Below are positions 46,809-57,100 of a stretch of DNA of 64,000 bases, in pieces. Every line of letters starts with the position of its first letter. Positions within the stretch are counted from its first letter, which is position 1. A program made the position numbers and the translations under genes. Origin of the DNA: a virus (taxonomy: Duplodnaviria; Heunggongvirae; Uroviricota; Caudoviricetes). Below the pieces are notes generated by a model. That model made no database searches and was not told the origin of the DNA. It worked only from the letters and a program-made list of their open reading frames with translations. The stretch lies in IMG/VR virus record IMGVR_UViG_3300029604_000306; one strand, 5' to 3'.

Positions 46809-49004
46809 ATGATTCCAGTAAGAGGTAGGATTGTCGATTTTTTAATAGACCGTTGTAGTGACGGGTATGCTGAATTTTTATTTAAAAGTGATTACGATAA
46901 AGACTGCCCGCGATTTGAAGCGTTGTGCGCCGGAAAAATCCCGGATGTTGTCCCAGGTGTCCCGATTACTACAGAATTTGCAGCAGATAATATGGACAAG
47001 ATTTTGAAGATAGATTTTCGTGAATTGAAGATTGAAAAGATTACAAAATATGTAAAAGAAAAATACATGAACCGAGTCGCATATACGTGTATTAATTATA
47101 ACGACGAAGAATATGCAAAAACGCTATTGGTGAAGGTGAAAGGAATATCAAGTAAAACTGCAAACCGAATACTGGATGCTGTTGATGGTGACATAAGCAG
47201 GCTTTCTGATGTGTGGAATGACAAGGAATTCTGGAAAGGACTGAAGGGCTCAAAGCGTTACTTGTCTGAACTTAAAGAGACAGTGGGAGCGATGATGGAA
47301 AAAGACCATCTCGTAAAAAAGTATCAAAAGTATGGAATCGGGTATCCGCAAATAGATATGCTGACTGCATGGTATGGGCTGGAAGCAGAAGAAAAGTTGT
47401 GTCAGAACCCTTATGCTGTCTTGCAAAAAATGGAACTGGATTTTCAGGTTGCAGATAATTTTGCAAAGGACCTCGGCTTTGGATATTTGTCTACAGAACG
47501 GGTCAGGTCAATGATATATCAGGTATTGGTAAATAACGAACAGTCTGGAAACACAGCAATCAAATTGAAAGATTTTTATATCAATTGTGCGAGGCTTCAT
47601 CGATATTCAGCATGGAAGGATTATGTTGTATCTCCATATTACCTTTTGGCGACTCTTGTAGATATGAAGAGCGTGTATTGTGAAAATGGCATGCTTGGGT
47701 TTATCCGGACAATGGATAAGGAGGCCGATATCGCGTTCCAGATTAGCAGGTTGATGCAGATAAATACCGAGATGGGAACAAAGGAAGAGGTATTTGAATC
47801 TATCAAAGATAAATACAATAAAGAACAGCTCGAATTTCTGAAAAGTTTTGATAAAAACAGTGTTGTCTTGCTCCTTGGACGAGGCGGAACCGGAAAAACG
47901 CATACAATCTGTGGCGCTATTGACCTTTTTAAAAAAAGACACCCAGATGAAGAGATACGGCTGTGCGCACCAACTGCACGTGCAGCAGGTGTGCTGAAAG
48001 AGCATTCAGGGCATGAGTCTTCAACAATACATATAATGCTTGAGTTGAATCCATATATGCCGGATGATGCCGGTAAGAATGAGGAGAACCCATTAAATGA
48101 AAAACTTATTATAGTTGATGAAATGTCGATGGTAGATACAGACCTGATATATCATCTTTTGAAAGCTGTCAAATCAGGTGCAAAACTGATTCTAAGCGGA
48201 GACCCTGACCAGCTTGAAAGTGTTGGATGCGGTGCAGTTTTAAGAGATATGATTGATTCAGACGTTATACCAAAGGTGAAACTCAAAAAAATCATGCGTC
48301 AGGGAGAAGGCTCAGCGGTTATTGATAACTGCGGGAAAGTGCTTGCTGGCAAGAGCAATTTCATTGAAAATGAATCATTTGTGGTAAGAACATGTAAGTC
48401 GGAAGAGGAAGCCAGGGCCTATTTAAAATCACGGTATCACGGCGACCCTCACAATACGCAGATTTTATCCACGACCAAAAAGGGCGTGGTCGGTACGATG
48501 GCTTTAAATAAAGAATTTGAGGATGTGGAACAACCCGGTATCTGGTTTCACGGAGACCATTTTAAGATTGGAGACAAGGTTGTTTTTACAAAAAATAATT
48601 ACGATTCCGGGTATTGTAATGGTGATATTGGATTTATTGAAACGCTGACAAATCCAGTTAAAGTCAGGATGCAGGGTGAAGATAAAGTAATAGATATAAA
48701 CAAAGATGATGCGGTGGACATGGAACACGCAGATGCGATTACCATCCATAAGAGCCAGGGAAGCGAATATAATGATATTTATATTATGCTCCCGGATAAG
48801 CCAGTTTCATTGTTAACAAGGAATATGGTGAATACAGCGATTTCCAGGGCGCGCAAGAGCGTTGTCCTTATAGTGGTTAATGATGCTTTACAGACTGCCG
48901 CAAGTAATCGTTTTAAGAGGAACAGGATAACAAGATTAAAAGAAAAACTAAAAAACATGGGGGAAATAATATGTCCAGAGGAAGAAAAAAAAGCAGAAAA
49001 GTAA
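46809..49004 (+). CDS. RecD2-like SF1B DNA helicase (AAA_30/UvrD_C_2 type) with an N-terminal HhH-containing domain
   Basis: Walker A LLLGRGGTGKTH, Walker B IIVDEMSMVD. KLILSGDPDQL, ITIHKSQGSEY and VNTAISRARKSVVLIV are the RecD/TraA helicase motifs. HhH at ISSKTANRILDAV. Confidence 0.8.
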   Translation: MIPVRGRIVDFLIDRCSDGYAEFLFKSDYDKDCPRFEALCAGKIPDVVPGVPITTEFAADNMDKILKIDFRELKIEKITKYVKEKYMNRVAYTCINYNDEEYAKTLLVKVKGISSKTANRILDAVDGDISRLSDVWNDKEFWKGLKGSKRYLSELKETVGAMMEKDHLVKKYQKYGIGYPQIDMLTAWYGLEAEEKLCQNPYAVLQKMELDFQVADNFAKDLGFGYLSTERVRSMIYQVLVNNEQSGNTAIKLKDFYINCARLHRYSAWKDYVVSPYYLLATLVDMKSVYCENGMLGFIRTMDKEADIAFQISRLMQINTEMGTKEEVFESIKDKYNKEQLEFLKSFDKNSVVLLLGRGGTGKTHTICGAIDLFKKRHPDEEIRLCAPTARAAGVLKEHSGHESSTIHIMLELNPYMPDDAGKNEENPLNEKLIIVDEMSMVDTDLIYHLLKAVKSGAKLILSGDPDQLESVGCGAVLRDMIDSDVIPKVKLKKIMRQGEGSAVIDNCGKVLAGKSNFIENESFVVRTCKSEEEARAYLKSRYHGDPHNTQILSTTKKGVVGTMALNKEFEDVEQPGIWFHGDHFKIGDKVVFTKNNYDSGYCNGDIGFIETLTNPVKVRMQGEDKVIDINKDDAVDMEHADAITIHKSQGSEYNDIYIMLPDKPVSLLTRNMVNTAISRARKSVVLIVVNDALQTAASNRFKRNRITRLKEKLKNMGEIICPEEEKKAEK

Positions 49005-49510
49005 TTAATCCATTGGTAGAGCATATAGCTGATTATTCAGACATGGAGTTTGTTGATAATGAGAGCGGAGAGGCTCTTATTGCATCTCATGCGCAGGCAA
49101 AGATTGATAAAAAGTGCGAAGACGAAACGGACCGCATGTGGATGTATAAAGATAACAGAGATGATGAGATTGTTGATGAAGATGAATCCACAGAAGACGA
49201 CCTCTGGAGTGACGAAGATAAGAAAGAAAAAGAAAGAAAAAAATCAGAAAAAGGAACTGCACAGGTAGAACAAAAAGTCAATGCTGTAGCGGAGGAAAAA
49301 GTAAAACAATATATGGATGCGGCTGTATGGTTTAAAGATATAAGTGAAAGAGGGGAGATGACAGAAAAGGAACAAAGATATGTTGAACTTATGATAATTG
49401 AATTGTCGAAATTCTATTTTTCAAATCTGGACACACTGCATCCAAGTTCAAAATGCAGGGAGTCAATTTGTAAGATTTTCGAAGACATAAGGAGGGCAGG
49501 GATGTGTTGA
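48971..49510 (+). CDS. hypothetical acidic protein (179 aa)
   Basis: It overlaps the helicase stop. D/E-rich. Confidence 0.45.
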   Translation: MSRGRKKSRKVINPLVEHIADYSDMEFVDNESGEALIASHAQAKIDKKCEDETDRMWMYKDNRDDEIVDEDESTEDDLWSDEDKKEKERKKSEKGTAQVEQKVNAVAEEKVKQYMDAAVWFKDISERGEMTEKEQRYVELMIIELSKFYFSNLDTLHPSSKCRESICKIFEDIRRAGMC

Positions 49511-50328
49511 GAATATTAAAATCGTTGCTTGCTGAGTCTTCTTATTTCTTTGAAAAATATTTTGGTGCAACGTCAATCGCATGGTCTGTTATTTTTGTCG
49601 CTTTTTGTTCGGCGGTGATTATCGGGTCAATGGTGAAGGGACTATTTTGGGTAATAGGGATAAAAAAGAATAAAAAAAAGACGGAAACAGCAAAAGTAAA
49701 TTTATTCTTTCCGGTGTATATTGGAATCATGTTGTTAATCACGTATTTTATAAATTATCTTGTTAATACAGCGTATACATGGAACAGTAAGCTACAGCGC
49801 GTGATGTCGAATTTTGAATACGTGCTGTCATTTAAAACAAACCGCCATGCGTTTTTATTTGCATTAAATTTGCCAGACAATGTACAAAATAAAAAATCAT
49901 TGTTTAAAATGGCGCTGTATTTAAACGATAAGCAGTGGGATTCTGTTTTTAATAATGCAGGAGAAGGTGCATGGTATTTCGAAAAAGTAAAAAAAGCCGT
50001 TTTTGAAATTTTACATGTAGGAGACTGCCATTTAATGTTAAGCCCATTGCAGCAAGGATGGTTGGCGTATCTTCCAATTGCAGGGATGTTAATTGTGTTG
50101 CTTATCTTTCTATTGAAAAGAAATTGCGCAAATACTTTAGCTTCTGCTGTTGCTTGCATTTCAGGACTGTTCGTGAATATGGGCGCAAGTATTTTTATGC
50201 TAAGCGCAATGTGCTTTGGAGTGATATGGGCTATAGCGCTAGATACAGCAATGAAACAAAGCATTTACGAAGGGCGAAAACCCCCGGCTGACAAAAAGTC
50301 GTCCGCGGGTCAAAGGTTCAGGTCTTAA
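49504..50328 (+). CDS. hypothetical polytopic membrane protein (274 aa). Its last ~15 codons lie in family-B repeat B3.
   Basis: GTG start. At least 5 TM helices. The stop falls inside repeat B3 (…KPPADKKSSAGQRFRS*). Confidence 0.45.
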   Translation: MLRILKSLLAESSYFFEKYFGATSIAWSVIFVAFCSAVIIGSMVKGLFWVIGIKKNKKKTETAKVNLFFPVYIGIMLLITYFINYLVNTAYTWNSKLQRVMSNFEYVLSFKTNRHAFLFALNLPDNVQNKKSLFKMALYLNDKQWDSVFNNAGEGAWYFEKVKKAVFEILHVGDCHLMLSPLQQGWLAYLPIAGMLIVLLIFLLKRNCANTLASAVACISGLFVNMGASIFMLSAMCFGVIWAIALDTAMKQSIYEGRKPPADKKSSAGQRFRS

Positions 50329-50362
50329 CTTCGCACGCGGGTCTGAATCCTCGTTCGAAACA
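50283..50362 (+). repeat. family-B repeat, copy B3
   Basis: ggctgacaaaaagtcgtccgcgggtcaaaggttcaggtcttaacttcgcacgcgggtctgaatcctcgttcgaaac. Confidence 0.6.
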
Positions 50363-50525
50363 CGCTTCGCTCAGACTTGCGGCTTCGTTTGTCAGTCTCT
50401 GCGAGGCTTGGTAACGAGCCGGAACGGAGAGATATCAATTTTAATCTCTGCACTCAGCCTTACGGCTTCGCTTGTCAGCGGCAAAAAACCGCTTGGTAAC
50501 GACTCCGACGAAGCCGGCGAGTTAT
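50363..50525 (+). repeat. family-A/C repeat modules (2 A units plus 2 C modules)
   Basis: gtcagtctctgcgaggcttggtaacgagccggaacggagagatatcaa…ctctgcactcagccttacggcttcgcttgtcag…cttggtaacgactccgacgaagccggcgagttatcaa. Confidence 0.6.
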
Positions 50526-50627
50526 CAAGATAGCAAAAACGAAAAAAATAAGGAAGGAGAGAGATGAGGACAAAACCTTACCTCTCTTTTTTTGTGTATA
50601 AAATGCATTCGTTTTTTAAAAAATTTA

Positions 50628-50635
50628 GCATATTA
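50628..50635 (+). promoter_or_regulatory. GCATATTA box P26
   Basis: aaatttagcatattagaat lies upstream of 50732. Confidence 0.5.
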
Positions 50636-50731
50636 GAATAAGCGGTAATTAATTCCTGTTTCTGAAATAGCAGCAGGTGACAACCATAAAATGCAAAAAA
50701 AAGAAAAAGCAAAGGCAAGGAGGAAAGGAAA

Positions 50732-51148
50732 TTGACAAAATACAGTGATTTGCCAGAAGCAAAATCTGCACTCATTGCTGATAAAGAAATTATACAGACT
50801 TTATTTCGTTCAGGCTATGAATACCTGATTTTGAATCTATACGATGAAGTCTACACGACTCCGGAGATATACGACTATTTTGCGAAGAACCTGGATTTAG
50901 ACAGTCTAAAGATATTCAGGAGCGAAATCAAAAGAGCAGAGCTTAAAACGAGTAAGATAGTTCTCCGAAGTATTATCGGAAATGATGAAATATTATCGGA
51001 AGATGAAGCATATGCAATACTTTATGCAATGACAAATAAAATTGATGTGATTTTGGATGACCCGAGAAAATACGAGATGTTCAAAGTTCGTAATATCCAT
51101 ACACTAAGGCTGTCGGAGATTATTGCAGCAGCAAAAAATTCAGATTAA
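50732..51148 (+). CDS. hypothetical protein (138 aa)
   Basis: aaggaggaaaggaaaTTG. TTG start. Confidence 0.5.
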   Translation: MTKYSDLPEAKSALIADKEIIQTLFRSGYEYLILNLYDEVYTTPEIYDYFAKNLDLDSLKIFRSEIKRAELKTSKIVLRSIIGNDEILSEDEAYAILYAMTNKIDVILDDPRKYEMFKVRNIHTLRLSEIIAAAKNSD

Positions 51149-51162
51149 GGGAGGTGAAAAGG

Positions 51163-54100
51163 ATGTTGCCAAAAGAAGAATATATAAGCTTATTGGCCAA
51201 TCTGTTTCAGAGAGGTTTATGTCTGGATATGATAGATATAGACGGAAAACAGGATTCCCCAGATATATCAGACGAGGAAAGGATTAACTTTAAAGCGGCA
51301 GATGAGGCTTTGAGCAGAGTTGACCTAGATGAACTTTTCGATAATGCGGAAATTTTAGAAATTCCAGATAAGTATCCGGAATTTTATGAATATCTGCGAG
51401 AACTTCAGCTTGAGAGACAAGAAGATGGACATGGTGAAAGAACCATTGAGGATGTCTCTGCAGATGAAGAGGTAGAAGAGGGCGAAGAGGAGCCAGGACC
51501 GGAAGAGCCACATGGGCTTTCAACGAAAGACCAAGTTTTAAAGAATATCGTAGGTGGAGAACACACCGGAAACCAGAGGGACAGTGAAAAATACCGAAAA
51601 GGTGACGAGATGCGGGCTCGTCTTGACGAAGAACGCCGTGAAGCATTGTCTCGTGCTGCGGAACAGGAGCGATATGATAATGAACATCGTATGCCTCTGG
51701 AATCCAAACTTGAAGACGAACGTGGAGAGGCCATAGCCAGGGCTGAAGAACAGCAACGGCAAAGAGAAGCTTTAAGGCAAAAGGAACTGGCTGAGAGACC
51801 TGAAACAACCGTTAATATCACAAGTATACACGATAAGAGCAAGAGTGCAGATGGTGTTACAAATGTGGTGAAAGGTAATATTCCAGACGAATCGACAAAA
51901 CACAATGAGAGTAAAACTCAATACTATGAACCAGATACGTTTAACGAAGAACGGGGAATCCATGACCGGCAAGAATCCGCCCATGAGTCAAATACTTCAA
52001 TTTTAACTTCGCACGAGGGTTTGAATCCACGTTCAGCGTCTGGGCACGAGCGCGAAGCTCGAACTATCAATAAGTCGTCTGATTTGTATCAGCAGATGCA
52101 GGCCAAGGACAATGACACATTATCAGATGCACAAGACAGGTCGCATAAGAATGATAAGAGAGATGAAAGGCCGGAGCCTGAAAAGAAAGATAATAACAGG
52201 TCTGCGACAAATGAGTATTCTTCTCGTATCACAAATGACTATGCGGAAAAAGATTCCCATATTACAGAAGACATAAATAGAACTGGTCCTCAAGTATTTG
52301 AACCAAAGCGGGAAAATGTAGAACAAATATCTGGTCATGAAGAACTTAACACGAAAAGCGCTCAGGATGTAAGTCATGTTGTAAAAGGAGATACTTATTC
52401 TGATTTTTTTGGACAGGACAGACCCGAGGTAAGGGATGAAAGAAATCGTGCAGACGTTCATAACGAATCAAGGTACCAGTCATCGCGGGGAAGCCGTGAG
52501 GATTCGGTGGGTGCTGGCGTACTTGACCGAAAGAAGGCTGAGGATACGTCTCAATATCATTCAGAGGCAGGCTCAGAAGCGGCAGTAGATAATACAAGAA
52601 GGACTGAATCGGAAAACAAATATATATCTGATTCGTATGAGAAGTCTGGACAAAGAGATACTGGTGAAACTTATAAGCGCCATCAATATGACGGAGGTTA
52701 TGGTGGTACTGATAAGGAAAACCGTTTATATGAAGCTGAGAATAACCACACAAATCGCAATACTGAAAGGGTTGGACCAAATCAAGGCAGTGAATATAAC
52801 GAAGGTTTTATATACAAGAAGGATGCCGGTATAAACAAACACGCGGAGTCAGATGGCTCTATTGTAGAAAAACGCAGAGAGCATGATACAGAAGGTTATA
52901 GAAGCACACAGGGATTCGATAAGCCGAATAGCAGCGAACCGTATAAAGCGAGCAGCATTCCTCAGCATGAAAAGGAATCAGTATATGACGGGAATGCCAT
53001 CAGCAATCCAGACTCAGGAAACGCGTCAAATGGAACCGCACAATATAAAAGAGAAGCATCAGAAAGTAAAAAATACATTAATGATTCATATGAGCAGGCT
53101 GGGCAACGGGAATCTGCTGATATTCAATCTCACAAGGATACCGGTGAGGATACGTACGCATCGTTTAAACCCAAGGCATATGATGCTACTAAGAATGAAG
53201 ACCAATCTTCGACATTCGTAGCACGGAATGAAAGAAGAGCCTATGATGCCACAGCGAATAGTACGGACAGCATCGCAAGAAAAGAAAATGGAGATTCACA
53301 CTCTGTCTTAAACTTTGGCGCAGATAAACGTCCGTCTGCTGAACCGGCTTCAGAAAATGCAAAAAGATATGTAGGCAGTTCATATGAAATGGCTGGACAG
53401 AGAGAAGCCGAGCGTAAAGACCGTGGTTATGAAAATCTGGAAAGACAGGGGCTTGCGGATAAGCATACAGGAAGTGTGCAGCCACCATTCTCTGACGGAA
53501 TTGGAGAAGTAGAAAAAAAATATGAAAAGAGTAGTACAAGAGAAAATAGTGCATCAGAGGTGACATCTAGGCGTCAATCTGCAGTAGATGATTTATCTAA
53601 AAGTGAAAGGGTCCAGGCCGATAACATTGTCCGAAGACCAATCTCTCAGATGCCAGCTTCACATACTGCCTCGAATCAATATCCAGGATTAGATGGGGAC
53701 AGTCACCAGCCTTCCGAAGCAAAAACAATGACGCATGACCAGCGGCAAGATGTAGGAAACCATCGGGATGAAAAGCCTGGAGCGAGTGCTATTGAAGAGG
53801 TTCTCAGGAATAGGGCTGCTAATCAAGAAAATCAAGATGCGAATAGGGCGTCTGGCGGCATCAATGAACGAAAGCAGACATATAGCAGGGATTCATATGA
53901 ATCTTCGGGACAGGCTCCAGTAGATGAGAAGAGGAAAGAACCATACGGTCCAGGAGAGACCTATAGCTACGTTGGCAGAAAGGATGGACAGGCTGACAGA
54001 AAAGTCGCCGAAAACCGTGTCTTAAAGTCTGATAAAACTGATGTGGTGTATCCACAAAAGAGAGATTCTTCGGTTTCGAGCGAAAGCAAAAATGGCCTTC

Positions 54101-57100
54101 AATCTATCAAAAAAAAGGACGAAACGAAAGTTATTGAAATCACAGTACCGTCAGGCTCAGGTCAGACACATACTGTACGAGGTACTGTGTCCGGAGCTGC
54201 AGCTGTAACTGCAGTAGCAGCCGCGTTAGCGGCAAGAGAAGCTGCGAAGGCCACCTCTGATGCCGCAAAGACTGCTACAGACAAAGCGGAAGGCATGGTG
54301 ATGCTGAAAGATACATCAATCATGTCGGCCAGCGAACTTGCTGCATATGCCAGTGCAGTGAACAGTGCGCAGGCAGCAACGCAGATAAACGGAAAACAAA
54401 TCGCCGATTCCTATGCTTTGGCAGGTCAGGCTGATGTAGAAACGATAAAGATAAATGTAGAGCAGGCTCTTGCGAATGCGAGAGAGATAGCAGCGGGGAC
54501 TCGTTCCGGATTGAACGTTCCAGGCGTTACATCTGGCCCAGTGGGACCAACCTCATCTGGCGCAACACAGAATTTTAATATCACGAGACCGTCTATACAT
54601 ACACTGGGAATTTCAGGCGTCGTAAAGAACTCAAATTTCACAGACGTTGGAATGTTTGTCCTAAAAGAAGGAAATCAGGTAACTATATCCAGAAATGGAA
54701 AATCAAAAAGATACACAGTCCGTTCTGACGGGACTATCAGAATAGATGGAATTGTATTGAACGTATATTCAGTAGACAAAGACAGAGCTTTTGTTGGTTG
54801 GAAAAACGCGGCTGTATATGGCGGCAAGATTTATACGGCTACAGGCACTGTCCTTGATATAAGTACGGATGGAAGCATAGGAACGACCAAAACGTTGGCT
54901 GGCCTGGAATTCCATATTAAAAGAGATGTTAAGGTCAATGCAAAACAAATGACAATGGCGATGACAATAGCCCCAGCATTAAACCAGCCTATTACAGACG
55001 CAGATTTTGTGAAAGTTGGAGATAAGTTTATATCAAACAAAGTAACAGAATCGTATAGTGGACTTTTGTACCAGAAAGCATTAAACAAAGGCAAAGTCTC
55101 TCAGCTTATTTTTAAACAAAAAATGGCAATGCATTCAGTCTTTCGAGCACAGCTGCTTGCAGGCGCAGCAGCTAACATGAAGTCGATTGATTTGAAATTA
55201 GACCTAAATACGCTGGTTGCAAATTACGATAAAATATTGACATCAATCAGTGGAAACAGCAAGCAGTTTTATCAAATGAATGTGTTTTTGGAAACACGCT
55301 ATTTGAGCGATATTGAACGTCAGTATCTGTTTGACGCAAAGGCAAAACTTAAGCACCTTGGTCTTACTGAAAATACAGATACATTAAAAGAACTTCTGGC
55401 TGGCGGCGGATTGTCCCCAGAAGCAGCAAGCGCAATAACGGATTACCTGAATGTATATGAAAATACAAGAGAAAAAATTATACGAAAAGGTGTGCTTGGG
55501 GACCAGAGCATAGGCGATTTCAAAGTGGAAAGAGCGTTTTATGCTGCTGCGCTGCCATATGTGCTTCAGGCAAGGGGACTTCCGTCAGATAAAAAGGCGC
55601 TAAAAAAATTATTAAAAGCAGGAACAACTTCAAAAGAAACGAAAGAGTTGATAAGAAATGTATTTAAACTGCAAAGAAGGATGTTTTTGCTTAATTTGAC
55701 AGAAACAACATTAACGGCATATGCCAAAGGTGCTGTCAAAGCGGTTAAAAATGGATACCGAAAAATAAAATCATTGGCTAATAGATATATGGGCGATGAT
55801 TATACGATGCGAGGACTCCTCATGATGGAGTCAATCATTGTTGGCTCTGCTATGAAAGCGTATCGTACATCAAGAAAAATAAAATGGATGAGAGAGAACG
55901 CTGGAAGGTTGCTAAATTCCTCAATCAGGCTTGGAAAGTCAATAGGAAATGCTGCGGTCGCAGGATATAGAGGTGCAAAAGCAGGTATTCATGCAGTTCA
56001 TATGGGCGGAAGAGCGGCGAGAAAAGGTTTCCAGTATCTTAGGAAAAACGGACTTAAAAAAACGCTAAAAAAAGGTGTAAAAAAATTACGGATGAAAGGC
56101 ACGAAAGTTGTCAGAAAAGGCGTTTTAAAAGTCGCCAAAGTAGCGCAAAAGGCCGCGATTAAAGCAATCCAGGCTGCGATAAAGTTGATACAGACATTGA
56201 TTTCAGCATTAGTAGCAGCATTAGGACCTATAATCATAGCATTGATTATTGTATTGGCAATCATCCTTTGCATTATTTCATATGTGAAGAACGCAGGAAA
56301 TGAAGTCTATTATGACGCAGGCGATGAAGACACTACTGAAGTTTTACAAGAAATGGTTGATGTCTTAACCTTGTGTCACAATTCGTTCAGAAGTGAATTA
56401 TCGAATCATTTTGGTGGAACGTCAAGCACAGGCTCGGCGTCTGGTACAGATGGCTCAACGATGAATGCACCACAGCTACAAAAGGGTGATAGTTCTAAAG
56501 TTCAGGGGTTATATGATGTGACTGAGGGGACCTGGTGGAATTATGAGTTTACATACCAATATATTCATGGTAATTGGGCTTCCGGAACACGGCAACAGGC
56601 GTTGGATAACAAGGTAACAGTTGAAGGCAATGGAAATTACGCTGTCGTCGACCAGAACGGAACAAAGATGTATATGGCGGCTTTTGGCTCGTATTGGGGA
56701 AAAGTAGGAGATGTCCTTAAAGTGGAATTTAATAACGAATTCACAATAGGCAGTCAGCCTGCATCCAATACTATGTACATTATTATTGCGGATGAAAAGG
56801 CTTGGAAAGATACTGGTTATCCAGCAGAGCAAGAAGGAATATATGGACATCACTTAGGAAGCCACCGAGATTTTGCAGAATTTATAGGTTATGGCTCTAA
56901 ACCTGCAGGATTGAATGGAAATGGATTGATTCCTACTACTGCAACAAATATGGGAAGTATTTTGGATGGAACATTTGATTCATCAACGATAGGAACTGGT
57001 TCAGCTGCTTCGTCGGTAAGCGTAAATGCCGATATCCTGTATCGTCAGGAAATAGACCAGGATGTTTATCGCGACATTTTAAATAGGGATAAAAACATAT

